A program made the position numbers and the translations under genes. A DNA stretch of 64,000 bases, from the NCBI GenBank assembly GCA_963699185.1, contig OY969419.1, positions 6,206,698 to 6,270,697 on the forward strand, given 5' to 3'. Each line of letters begins with the position of its first letter. Within the stretch, counting starts at the first letter, position 1. The notes beneath the pieces were generated by a model, which did no database searches, was not told the origin of the DNA, and was given only the letters and a program-made list of their open reading frames with translations. Below, one piece after another: positions 36,600 to 45,590 of this stretch. This DNA is from an uncultured Acidobacteriaceae bacterium (GTDB lineage: Bacteria > Acidobacteriota > Terriglobia > Terriglobales > Acidobacteriaceae).

Positions 36600-37075
36600 C
36601 AACGATCGCGGACAAATTGCAGCGGGCGTATTCGATCCTCGTTAAATGCGCCAACACCCTGCAACCGTTTCTGCTGCTATTCGTGCGTTTGTATTGGGGA
36701 TGGCAGTTCGTCGTAGATGGCTGGGGCAAACTGCACAACTTGCCGAAGGTCATCGAATACTTCGGCAGCCTCGGATTGCCGGCACCGGGTCCGACGGCAT
36801 ACTTCGTGTCGATCCTCGAACTGGTCGGAGGTGTCCTACTCGCGCTTGGACTGGGAAGCCGTCTCATCGCCCTCCTATTGACCGGCAACATGACCGTAGC
36901 CTACATCGCTGGCGATCGCGAGGCCCTGCTGTCCATCTTCTCCGATCCCGACAAGTTCTCCGCCGCTGCTCCATTCACGTATCTCATGGCCTCGCTGGTT
37001 ATCCTGATCTTCGGGCCGGGCCGCTTCTCGCTGGACTACCTGATCGCACGCCACGGGCAGCAGGGCTCCGTATGA
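36596..37075 (+). CDS. DoxX family membrane protein (HvfX/bufferin-cluster type)
   Basis: ATGA overlap with the upstream stop. Four hydrophobic helices, with 'LLLFVRLYWGWQFVVDGWGKL' and 'ELVGGVLLALGLGSR'. Confidence 0.8.
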   Translation: MTTIADKLQRAYSILVKCANTLQPFLLLFVRLYWGWQFVVDGWGKLHNLPKVIEYFGSLGLPAPGPTAYFVSILELVGGVLLALGLGSRLIALLLTGNMTVAYIAGDREALLSIFSDPDKFSAAAPFTYLMASLVILIFGPGRFSLDYLIARHGQQGSV

Positions 37076-37124
37076 GCTGGTGGCAAGGCGACCGTGGCCC
37101 CTCGGGAATCAAGATTTGAAGCAC

Positions 37125-38105
37125 ATGCAGTTTTCGCCCGGCCGGCGTTTGCACCGCATACTCGCAATCTCTGTGATGGCGGTTTGCGCTTTCAGGGCTA
37201 TCTTTTGGCTGGCATCGGAGCGAGAGCAGGCAGCGGGTCCGGCTACGAGCATCAGTATCTGCGGGTCTACTATCGACGTTCGCTTCCTGGGAGAAACAAG
37301 TACGATCTCCCAAACCGACCTGATGAACTGGGTCCATCGTGCAGGGGACGCGGTGTGCACTTACTATGGCAAGTTCCCTGTTCCCCACGTCGGTCTGGAT
37401 GTTCGAGTCCGCGGAGGAGCCGGCGTCCACGGTGGAGTGACCTACCCCACGAGCGGCGGATACATCAGCATCTCTCTGGGGGCGGACACCACAGTTGCGC
37501 ACCTCGATGACGATTGGATGCTCACCCACGAGATGATCCACCTGGCCTTCCCCGAAATGGACCGAAAGCATCACTGGATCGAGGAAGGGATCTCGGTTTA
37601 CGTCGAGCCGATTGCGCGGGTCCAGGCCGGACAGCTTTCGGCTGAGCGAATGTGGCACGATGTCGTACGCGATATGCCGCAGGGCGAACCTGAAGCGGGC
37701 GATAAGGGACTCGATCACACGCCGACCTGGGGACGCACGTACTGGGGCGGAGCGATGTTCTGCCTGATGGCTGATGTCCGTATCCGAGAGCAAACGCACA
37801 ACCAGAAGGGACTGCAAGACGCGCTGCGGGGCATTCTTGCAGCAGGTGGAAACATCACGCAGGATTGGGAGATCGAACGCGCGTTTGCGGCGGGCGACAA
37901 GGCTACAGGTACCACTGTGCTTACCGATCTGTATCAGGAAATGCGCGACAAGCCCGATCCAGTGGATCTCGCGGCATTATGGAAACGACTGGGGATTCAA
38001 CGCCAACCGGATGGGTCAATCAAGTTCGATGCCAGCGCACCCGAAGCCGAAATACGCGGTGCCATCACTCGCCCCTACCCCAAGGCACAGCAAGGGCAAC
38101 GGTGA
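37125..38105 (+). CDS. Secreted or membrane-anchored zinc metalloprotease (HExxH, gluzincin-like)
   Basis: N-terminal signal anchor 'LHRILAISVMAVCAFRAIFWLAS'. 'HEMIHLAFPEMDRKHHWIEEG' carries the HExxH motif plus a downstream Glu. It starts 49 nt after the DoxX stop on the same strand. Confidence 0.65.
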   Translation: MQFSPGRRLHRILAISVMAVCAFRAIFWLASEREQAAGPATSISICGSTIDVRFLGETSTISQTDLMNWVHRAGDAVCTYYGKFPVPHVGLDVRVRGGAGVHGGVTYPTSGGYISISLGADTTVAHLDDDWMLTHEMIHLAFPEMDRKHHWIEEGISVYVEPIARVQAGQLSAERMWHDVVRDMPQGEPEAGDKGLDHTPTWGRTYWGGAMFCLMADVRIREQTHNQKGLQDALRGILAAGGNITQDWEIERAFAAGDKATGTTVLTDLYQEMRDKPDPVDLAALWKRLGIQRQPDGSIKFDASAPEAEIRGAITRPYPKAQQGQR

Positions 38106-38128
38106 GAGCTTCGCGCGAGACTGGAAGC

Positions 38129-39622
38129 TTAGAGGTAGACCCGCTCCTGGGCGCGAATTGCGCGATAGCGTTCGAAGACCCTGCGGTCGCTTTCCAGTCC
38201 GAGCGCCGATCGCAAGCTGCTTCCGCGGAAGGTGTGCGACAGCATGCGCGGCCAATTCTTAAGAACGAACCACGGTTCCTTAGCGATGACGGAAGGCATG
38301 TGCGCGGTCTTCATCCAGCGTTCTTTCCGCCAGCGCTCGTACTCAATCTCTTCGGGCGCGAGGTGTTCCGTCGCAACCACGGCAGTCGTGCCATCGTATT
38401 CTTCGAGCCGCTCGATCTTGATAAGGTTGCGGGCGCGGAAGTCCTTCGTCATCGGGGTGCCGGGATAGGGCGTGGGGTGCTGAATGTAAGGCCAGTCAAC
38501 GTACTTACGCGCGAAGTCGAGGTTGGTGCGGATGGAGTCGAGAGTGTCATCGGGATTGCCGACGATCAGGCCGCCTACGACGTACATCTTGTGCTTGTGC
38601 AGGATGTCAATTGCACGAATGCTGGCATTGCCGGTGCGCTTGCCGTCTTCGCGAAACGAGTTCTTGGCCGAAGCCTTCAGGTACACCAGGTCGTCTTCCA
38701 GGATGTTTTCTATCCCCAGAAACACGTAACGGAAGCCCGCCTTTTGCATCAACGGCGCAAGCGTCTCCCCGTGCATGGCGATAGGCGAGGTCATAGCCTG
38801 AACGGTGTACGCGATGTCGTTCAGCCCGGCATCGATGATGGCCTGGCACAGCGCCTCGAAGCGCTTAATGTTCAACGAAATGTTGTCGTCAACCAGGAAG
38901 ATTGCTCGCGCTCCGTTGTCCCGGGCATCACGAATGTCGGCCAGCACGCGGTCGAACGAGTAGGTGTGAAAATTGCGGCCGCGCATCTCGATAATCGAAC
39001 AGAAGCCGCAATCGAAAGTGCAGCCGCGCGAGGTCTCGATCACGTCAACCTGCCTGCCCATCATGGTGTAGCCACCGAGCACGCGCGCCTTGCGATTGGG
39101 CAACTTGATCTCGTCGCCTTCCAAGGTGTGCACGGGACGAGGAATGTTTTCACGCCACGTCGTGCCTTCGCGATAGGTCAGGCCCGCGATTCCGTCGTAA
39201 CTATGACCGTTTTCCAGGGCGCGCAACAACTCGCGGAAGGTCAGTTCGCCCTCACCGCGCACGATGAAGTCAATGCCAGTTCCCTGCTCGCGGTAAGCAT
39301 CCGAGGCGAGACTGGGATCGTAGCCGCCCACTACAACTCGTACTCCGGGCTTCAGCGAGCGGACCAGTTCAACCACGCGAAAAGCGGTCTTGCGCTGGAA
39401 GGTCATGACCGACAGTCCAACGATGTCGGGATCGAGTTCGCGCATCAGCCGCTCGACGGTCGGCCGGACACGTTGCTGCACAAGAATAAGGTCGGCAACT
39501 GCGACTTTGTGGTGAGGATCGACATTGCCCGCCAGTGAGGTCAGGCCCCCGTTCGGCATACGCACCGCGACGGTGGGCATGTGCTCGAACGAATCGGGCA
39601 TGGAGAGCAGGAGTACTTTCAA
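38129..39622 (-). CDS. B12-binding domain-containing radical SAM protein (class B)
   Basis: TTG start with GGAG 7 nt upstream gives 'MKVLLLSMPD'. There is an N-terminal cobalamin-binding-like Rossmann region. The radical SAM motif is 'RGCTFDCGFC' (CxxxCxxC). Confidence 0.8.
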   Translation of the reverse strand: MKVLLLSMPDSFEHMPTVAVRMPNGGLTSLAGNVDPHHKVAVADLILVQQRVRPTVERLMRELDPDIVGLSVMTFQRKTAFRVVELVRSLKPGVRVVVGGYDPSLASDAYREQGTGIDFIVRGEGELTFRELLRALENGHSYDGIAGLTYREGTTWRENIPRPVHTLEGDEIKLPNRKARVLGGYTMMGRQVDVIETSRGCTFDCGFCSIIEMRGRNFHTYSFDRVLADIRDARDNGARAIFLVDDNISLNIKRFEALCQAIIDAGLNDIAYTVQAMTSPIAMHGETLAPLMQKAGFRYVFLGIENILEDDLVYLKASAKNSFREDGKRTGNASIRAIDILHKHKMYVVGGLIVGNPDDTLDSIRTNLDFARKYVDWPYIQHPTPYPGTPMTKDFRARNLIKIERLEEYDGTTAVVATEHLAPEEIEYERWRKERWMKTAHMPSVIAKEPWFVLKNWPRMLSHTFRGSSLRSALGLESDRRVFERYRAIRAQERVYL

Positions 39623-39876
39623 GATGCGGCTCCTTCGAGTTTTGCCGAGGGCCCCACAACGGCCTGAGTGCATAAATGGTACACCGAAATCCCTGCGACG
39701 GGAGAAGCATGGCCGCAGTTTGCGGTTCGTCTTTCGAGCAAGTGGGCAGGAGCTCTCAACCTGATGTGCGCAGGCCGAGGTGTAAACTTCCAACCATTAC
39801 AATGTAATCGGCATAGTAGTACAGGCAGCGGCGGAGGAGGGTCATGCGCCGCGTCCTGAATTTAGCAAGGAGGCTT

Positions 39877-40404
39877 ATGATTCGCAGAGTCTTGATCACC
39901 GCATTTCTTCTGATTATGACGATTTCCGCTGTTGGCCAGAGCGCGTCCGGCCCAGCGATCGTGGCGGGAGCGGACCTGAAGAAGGTCGTGCCTGATAGTT
40001 ACTTCTTCCGTGGGTTGAGCGCGACCACACAGTTGCGCAACTCTTCCGCGATTCACTATCCCGACGACTTCTATGTCATCGTCGGACTGGTCGACACTTC
40101 GGGATACTCGTCTGACGTTAAGGCGAAATACAACGGCATGTTCATCACCGAGAAGACGCTTAAGTTTGGCGGCAACACGCTGGGCCCCGGGCAATACGGC
40201 ATGGGCTACACAGCGGACGGCAAGTTTCACATATTGAGCGTCGACGGGAATGAGCTGCTGGTCGCCGACATTGTGACGGACGACAAGTTGGCTCGCCCGC
40301 AACCGCTGAAGATCGTCATGGACGGAGCGACGGCGAAACTCTACCTGGGAAAGAAGTACGTGACCTTTTTCGCGGTAGGTTCGACCGGGGTTCCCGCGCA
40401 GTGA
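39877..40404 (+). CDS. Secreted hypothetical protein
   Basis: Signal peptide 'MIRRVLITAFLLIMTISAVGQSA' and an AGGAGG RBS. No recognisable motif. Confidence 0.5.
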   Translation: MIRRVLITAFLLIMTISAVGQSASGPAIVAGADLKKVVPDSYFFRGLSATTQLRNSSAIHYPDDFYVIVGLVDTSGYSSDVKAKYNGMFITEKTLKFGGNTLGPGQYGMGYTADGKFHILSVDGNELLVADIVTDDKLARPQPLKIVMDGATAKLYLGKKYVTFFAVGSTGVPAQ

Positions 40405-40473
40405 CATTGTTCTCGCGTGGGGTGCGGTACGTCTAAACAGGCTGATCAGAAAGTCGTGAAAAGCGGATTGCTC

Positions 40474-40538
40474 GTGGGCTCAAGCCCACTCGGAATAACA
40501 ATAATGAAGGACTTATACGGCGCACCTGAAGGTGCGCC
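40474..40538. repeat. Pair of REP-like hairpins
   Basis: 'gtgggctcaagcccac' (40474-40489) and 'ggcgcacc tgaa ggtgcgcc' (40519-40538), followed by 'ccttcaaa' motifs like those at 33933-34012. Confidence 0.6.
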
Positions 40539-40603
40539 CCTTCAAACAACTTGAAACCAACCTCTTCCCCAGTCTGCGAAGCCGTGACCTTCAAAACTAA
40601 CTT

Positions 40604-42529
40604 ATGAGAATCGTTTCGAGATTTGTCAAAGTATTCGCCTTACTCGTCGCCGTCGCGATGTCAAACGCCGTCGCGCAGAGCAAGCCCGAAGCACCTGCGC
40701 CATTCGATGTGCGCGAGTACTACACGAAGTATGAGTACTCGATTCCCATGCGCGACGGGAAGAAGCTGTTCACAGCGGTCTATGTGCCCAAGGACAGCTT
40801 GCACTCTTACCCTTTCCTTATGGATCGGACCCCTTACAGCGTCGCTCCCTATGGCGTCGATAACTACCGGACTGTGGTCGGGCCGTCGGAAGCATTCGAG
40901 AAGGCCGGTTACATCTTTGTCTATCAGGACGTGCGCGGGCGCTATATGTCGGAAGGTACGTTTATCGAGATGCGGCCGCACATCGATCACAAGTCGTCAA
41001 ACAGCGATGTAGACGAAAGCACGGACACCTACGACACGATTGAGTGGCTGCTGAAGAATGTCCCCAACAACAATGGACGCGTCGGCATCTGGGGAATTTC
41101 CTATCCTGGATTCTTTACCTCGGCCAGTATCATCGACTCGCATCCCGCGCTGAAGGCCGCATCGCCACAGGCTCCCATGACCGACCTGTTCATGGGCGAC
41201 GATGCCTACCACGGCGGAGCTTTCATGCTGGCGGCCAACTTCGGCTTCTACAGCGCGTTCAAGCCGCAGAACAATCCGGCGCTGCCGCCCAAGGAGCGAC
41301 AGTCTTTCGACTACGGCACCGCGAGTGGCTATGACTTCTTCCGAGCGATGGGGCCACTGGCGAATGCCAACGCGCAGTACTTTCACGGTCAGAGTTTTCT
41401 TTGGAATGACCAGGTGGGGCATGACACCTACGATGATTACTGGAAGGCGCGTAATCTTGCGCCGCACATGAAGAACATCCACTGCGCGGTGTTGACCGTC
41501 GGTGGCTGGTTTGACGCCGAAGACCTGGCCGGGCCGGTGCGCACCTTTCACGCCATCGATCAGAACAATCCGGGAATCTTCAACGCTCTGGTCGAAGGGC
41601 CGTGGGTGCATGGTGGCTGGTCGCGCTACGAGGGCCGTCGGCTGGGGTACGTGGACTTTGCTTCCGACACCGGCGATTACTTTCGCGAGAAGATTCAATT
41701 CCCGTTCTTCGAGGCGTATCTGAAGGGCGATGGCAATGCGAAACTGCCCAAGGCCTACGTCTTCGAAACCGGAACAAACGCCTGGCGGCAGTACGACGCA
41801 TGGCCTCCGAAAAACGCGGAATCGAAAACGCTCTACTTGAACGACAAGGGACGCCTCACGTTTGATCCGCCAACTTCGCCGGGACAGGTCTTCGACGAGT
41901 ACGCGAGCGATCCTGCCAAGCCGGTGCCGTTCGTGGGCTACACCGCGATGGGAGTTCCGCAAGAATATATGGATTCCGACCAGCGCTTCGCCGCTTCCCG
42001 CACCGATGTGCTCGTGTACCAGACCGAAGACTTGCAGGAAGACGTCACCATCGCCGGCCCGGTGTCTCCGAAACTGTTCGTCTCCACCAGCGGCACAGAC
42101 TCCGACTGGGTGGTGAAGTTGATCGATGTCTATCCGCCGTATTATCCCGAGCCCGATGCCGACAAGCCCGAGGCGCCGCGCAAAGATGTTGGTCTGCCCG
42201 TCGTCAAGATGGCGGGCTTTCAGCAATTGGTAAGGGGCGAGCCCATGCGTGGCAAGTTCCGCAAAAGTTTTGAACATCCCGAGCCGTTCGTTCCCGGCAA
42301 GATGGAAGAGGTCAGCTTCGAGATGCCCGACATCAACCACACCTTCCGGCGCGGACATCGCATCATGGTGCAGGTGCAGAGTTCGTGGTTCCCGCTGACG
42401 GACCTGAATCCGCAGACCTTCGTTAACATTCCAGACGCCAAGCAGTCGGATTTCCGCCCGGCTACCGAGCGCGTGTATCGTTCGCAAAGTGCGCCATCGG
42501 GGATCGGAGTGCTGGTTGTGCGGCCCTAG
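40604..42529 (+). CDS. CocE/NonD family hydrolase (S15 X-Pro dipeptidyl-peptidase-like), secreted
   Basis: 641 aa with a signal peptide. 'DRTPYS', nucleophile elbow 'GIWGISYPG' and a large C-terminal beta domain. Confidence 0.85.
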   Translation: MRIVSRFVKVFALLVAVAMSNAVAQSKPEAPAPFDVREYYTKYEYSIPMRDGKKLFTAVYVPKDSLHSYPFLMDRTPYSVAPYGVDNYRTVVGPSEAFEKAGYIFVYQDVRGRYMSEGTFIEMRPHIDHKSSNSDVDESTDTYDTIEWLLKNVPNNNGRVGIWGISYPGFFTSASIIDSHPALKAASPQAPMTDLFMGDDAYHGGAFMLAANFGFYSAFKPQNNPALPPKERQSFDYGTASGYDFFRAMGPLANANAQYFHGQSFLWNDQVGHDTYDDYWKARNLAPHMKNIHCAVLTVGGWFDAEDLAGPVRTFHAIDQNNPGIFNALVEGPWVHGGWSRYEGRRLGYVDFASDTGDYFREKIQFPFFEAYLKGDGNAKLPKAYVFETGTNAWRQYDAWPPKNAESKTLYLNDKGRLTFDPPTSPGQVFDEYASDPAKPVPFVGYTAMGVPQEYMDSDQRFAASRTDVLVYQTEDLQEDVTIAGPVSPKLFVSTSGTDSDWVVKLIDVYPPYYPEPDADKPEAPRKDVGLPVVKMAGFQQLVRGEPMRGKFRKSFEHPEPFVPGKMEEVSFEMPDINHTFRRGHRIMVQVQSSWFPLTDLNPQTFVNIPDAKQSDFRPATERVYRSQSAPSGIGVLVVRP

Positions 42530-42552
42530 TCAACGGTGAGCGTCGCGGAATG

Positions 42553-42587
42553 AACAAAACCCACTCAAGCAAAGGCTGCTTGAGTGG
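42553..42587 (-). terminator. Putative intrinsic terminator of the NrfD-like operon
   Basis: On the minus strand an 11-bp perfect stem (ccactcaagca/tgcttgagtgg) with a 5-nt loop is followed by GTTTTGTT. It lies 64 nt after the stop at 42651. Confidence 0.45.
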
Positions 42588-42599
42588 GGCACCCGCGTT

Positions 42600-42638
42600 C
42601 CCAGGCTGGCGCCGAAAGAACCGGCGCGAACTTGGGGC
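42600..42638 (-). repeat. REP-like palindromic element (family A, inverted copy)
   Basis: The reverse complement 'gccccaagttcgcgccggttctttcggcgccagcctggg' matches 32511-32549 at 32/39 positions. Confidence 0.8.
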
Positions 42639-42650
42639 GCCCGATCAATT

Positions 42651-43832
42651 TCAGGCCTGTGCTGCCAGTCCATTGTTTGAAATCCAGCGTGCGGGCAGTT
42701 GCGGCTTTGCCTTGGGCAGGATGTCGAGGTACATGACCGCATAGCGGAAGGCCATCACAGCCGCCGCAATGACAAGCACGCTTGAAGCCAGCTCGGTCCA
42801 CTTCGGAACGTAGTGTGTTCCCATCGCGGCCTGCAACGCGTTGATGGACACGTTCAGCCGGTTGACGATGAATCCGGCGACAACGATGGCGCACGTCCAG
42901 TACAAGCCATCCGGACTGTTGCGCACTCGTTCGAAGCTCAGCAGCACAATCGGGATGACCATCAGCATTGCGACTTCCAGCCAGAAGTAGCCGGCTTCGC
43001 TCGTGCGTTGGAATGCGTAATGCAAGGCGTGGTTTCCGGCCAAGTCGAGCAGGCGGAAGAACACGAATACGATTAGCAACATCTGGATCATGCGACCGCA
43101 GTCGCTGAGGATGCTAAAGTCTACGCGCACATTCAGTGAACGCATTGACAAGTAAACCGCCATCACGGTGAGAGCCAGGCCAGCGGGAATCGCGGACATA
43201 TAGAAGATGGCGTGCATGTTCGACGAATACCACAGGGGATGTACTTTGCCTTCGGCGATGAGGTAGAGGCCGCCGAGGAAGGACTGGTGCATGGACGAGA
43301 GCAACACACCGGCCAGCACTACTCCGATGAGGATCTTGTGGTGGTAGCGCAGAATGGTTTCACGCAATCCCTTCCAGGGCAGCTTCTCGATCACCGCGGG
43401 TGCGAACTCAAAGGTCAGCACGGTGAAGTAGGTCATGATGCAGACGCACACGTCGAACAGGACGGAGCGTTCGTTCCACATGACCACCGGATGCCAAAAG
43501 CGCCAGGGCAAACCAATCTCGTAGAGGTAACCGACCATCACGGTGCAGTAGCCGAGGAAGGAAATCAGGATCGACGCCCGAAGGATGGGGCGATAACGTT
43601 CCATGCCCAGCAGATAAACTGCCGCGCTGATTCCGAAACCGGCCGCGGAGAGGCCCACGCCACAAAGGGTGCCCAGGCCGACCCACAGGCCCCAGGGCAT
43701 CTGGTCGGAGAGATTCGTGCTGGCGCGGAAGCCCTCGAAGAACCGCACGTACGTGGCATAGATGCCGGTGACAAATATGATGGCTACGATGACGCGCCAT
43801 AATGTAATTTCAGAACGAATTCGCGCTGTCAT
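42651..43832 (-). CDS. NrfD/PsrC-family polytopic membrane protein (quinone-interacting subunit)
   Basis: 393 aa with ~10 helices. It directly follows a 4Fe-4S ferredoxin gene (2-nt gap), as in NrfCD/PsrBC/HybAB-type modules. Confidence 0.7.
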   Translation of the reverse strand: MTARIRSEITLWRVIVAIIFVTGIYATYVRFFEGFRASTNLSDQMPWGLWVGLGTLCGVGLSAAGFGISAAVYLLGMERYRPILRASILISFLGYCTVMVGYLYEIGLPWRFWHPVVMWNERSVLFDVCVCIMTYFTVLTFEFAPAVIEKLPWKGLRETILRYHHKILIGVVLAGVLLSSMHQSFLGGLYLIAEGKVHPLWYSSNMHAIFYMSAIPAGLALTVMAVYLSMRSLNVRVDFSILSDCGRMIQMLLIVFVFFRLLDLAGNHALHYAFQRTSEAGYFWLEVAMLMVIPIVLLSFERVRNSPDGLYWTCAIVVAGFIVNRLNVSINALQAAMGTHYVPKWTELASSVLVIAAAVMAFRYAVMYLDILPKAKPQLPARWISNNGLAAQA

Positions 43833-43834
43833 GG

Positions 43835-44608
43835 TTAGCTCCTTTCCTCTTTTATCCGGTTGATGGTCAGTTTTTCTTCCGCTTCGGCGAGAGCAACCTC
43901 GCGGCGACGCTGCGTGATCCAGTAGAGGGCCGACAGAATTGTTCCGCCCATGATCACAACCTTGGGCGAGTCGCCCATTGCGGCTGTGGTCAGAGTTGGC
44001 AGCGGCTGGTTGCCAGTCGGAAGCGGCTTGAAGCCGAGCTTTTCGAACTCTACGTCGGAGACGAACAGCACCGAGCCTCCGCCTGCTTCTGTGGTGCCGT
44101 AAATCCGCGGAACGTAACTCGAGTCAGTGCGGATGCGGTTCCACGCGTCGGCGATTAACTTATCGCGGTCGCCGAAGATGCTGGCTTGCACCGGGCAGGC
44201 TTCCGTGCAGGCGGGCTGTCCACCGGTCTTCACGCGCTCGGAGCAGAGGTCGCACTTCTTCACGAAGGGAGCCAGCTTGCTCCACTGGTACCGCGGCACC
44301 TGGTACGGACAGGCGAGCATGCAATAGCGGCAGCCGATACATTTGTCGGCGTCGTAAACCACCGGTCCCAGGGCGGTCTTCTTGATCGCGCCCACCGGGC
44401 AGGCCGAGGCGCAGGCCGGATCGTTGCAGTGCATACAGACCTTGCGGACGAACTTGTCGCTGCGGGATTCGATCACCGTGAAGGCAGTATCCGAGAGGGT
44501 TGGCTCGGGATCGGTATTGAAACCGTGCAACTGTTTGCAGGCAGTCTCGCAGCTGCCACAGCCGATGCAGCGTTTGATGTCGATCAGCATTGCTTTCTGT
44601 TTTGGCAT
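43835..44608 (-). CDS. 4Fe-4S dicluster protein (NrfC/HybA-like) without a Tat signal, with a C-terminal membrane anchor
   Basis: Four Cys clusters: 'CIGCGSCETAC', 'CMHCNDPACASACP', 'CIGCRYCMLACP' and 'CDLCSERVKTGGQPACTEACP'. The N-terminus 'MPKQKAMLIDIKRC' has no RRxF motif. The C-terminal helix is 'VVIMGGTILSALYWI'. Confidence 0.8.
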   Translation of the reverse strand: MPKQKAMLIDIKRCIGCGSCETACKQLHGFNTDPEPTLSDTAFTVIESRSDKFVRKVCMHCNDPACASACPVGAIKKTALGPVVYDADKCIGCRYCMLACPYQVPRYQWSKLAPFVKKCDLCSERVKTGGQPACTEACPVQASIFGDRDKLIADAWNRIRTDSSYVPRIYGTTEAGGGSVLFVSDVEFEKLGFKPLPTGNQPLPTLTTAAMGDSPKVVIMGGTILSALYWITQRRREVALAEAEEKLTINRIKEERS

Positions 44609-44642
44609 GGCGTTCTCCTTGGTTCTTTTTTGGCAATCGGGG

Positions 44643-45308
44643 CTATGTCAGGAAAAATTCTTTGACCAGCTGCTGTTGCACGCTGGCATCGACCTGAAAA
44701 AGCAAACCCTTCATGGGAAGGCCGCCATCTTGCGCCAAAGCCGGGCTGAGTTGCTGCATCATCCCGCCGAGGCGGGCGATGCTGTTCTGCATCCACGCCG
44801 GAACGATCGGTCCCCGCAACAAGTTCTTGGTGTTGGTTGCCAGTTCCGGAGCTTTCACGACGCAGAGCCAGCCATTCTTGTAGGGGTCTTCCGTGACGAG
44901 GTTGGGGTTCTTCAGCACTTCGTGGTTCACGGATATCAGGACACCTTCGACGGGTGAGAGCATTTCAACGCTCTTCTCACCGTGCTTCACTGTGCACAGC
45001 TTCTGCCCTTGGCGAACCCAGCGGTTCAGATCGGCGAGTTCAACGGCGTCAACCTGGCCGAAAAGATTTCCAGCAAAGGCATCGATGCCGACGCGAGCGT
45101 TCTGGCGCCCTTCGTCGTGAACCCAGGTGTGGCCGGGATGGAAGCTATAGCTCTCGGGAACTTCGAACCCAGCGGTCTTGATCATTCTTGGTATGCCCAC
45201 CTTCTGAGATGGTGCAACTTGTACAGCCGCCACCGGCACTTCGGGCCGACGGAAATACATGATGGAAAGAATTAAGAGGAAGGTAAGAAGTACAAATAAG
45301 ATCGACAT
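44643..45308 (-). CDS. Membrane-anchored glycine-cleavage-H-like (lipoyl/biotinyl-fold) protein
   Basis: ATG with AAGGAGG 4 nt upstream. N-terminal helix 'SILFVLLTFLLILSIMYF' is followed by RRPE. The GcvH-like core is 'HPGHTWV...ARVGIDAFA...LCTVKHGEKSVEMLSPVEGVLISVN'. Confidence 0.6.
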   Translation of the reverse strand: MSILFVLLTFLLILSIMYFRRPEVPVAAVQVAPSQKVGIPRMIKTAGFEVPESYSFHPGHTWVHDEGRQNARVGIDAFAGNLFGQVDAVELADLNRWVRQGQKLCTVKHGEKSVEMLSPVEGVLISVNHEVLKNPNLVTEDPYKNGWLCVVKAPELATNTKNLLRGPIVPAWMQNSIARLGGMMQQLSPALAQDGGLPMKGLLFQVDASVQQQLVKEFFLT

Positions 45309-45590
45309 AGGGCCTCCTTGCTCCAGGACAACCGTCAACCAACCAGCCGCTCGAACCGAATGGAGCACGAGTTCGATTCGAAGTGCCTGGCTTGGCGGGT
45401 ACCGCTTGGAACGAATGTGTCGAGATTCATGGCCTCATGCTCCACTCTTGCTAGAGCACGTGGAGTGCAATTCTCGCGGAGCATGAATTTGCTGATTAGA
45501 AAGCTCTTAGATTTCGCTGTGTGAGGTCAAAACGGGAATCGCTGCATTCCGCAGGGGTGGTCGTGCGTTTTGCAGTAGTGCGAGACGCTG

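Noticed and set aside
37865-39538. 557-aa plus-strand ORF
   Set aside because: It is antisense to the radical SAM gene, which has clear CxxxCxxC and B12-domain features. The translation has no recognisable motif.
40997-42487. 496-aa minus-strand ORF
   Set aside because: It is a shadow of the CocE/NonD hydrolase gene, with a low-complexity Arg/Gly/His-rich translation.
45309-45590. Sigma54 (-24 GG / -12 GC) promoter upstream of the GcvH-like gene
   Set aside because: I scanned the minus strand by eye. The only GG-N10-GC spacing (cGGTACccgccaAGCc) matches the TGGCAC-N5-TTGC consensus poorly, so no promoter is called.
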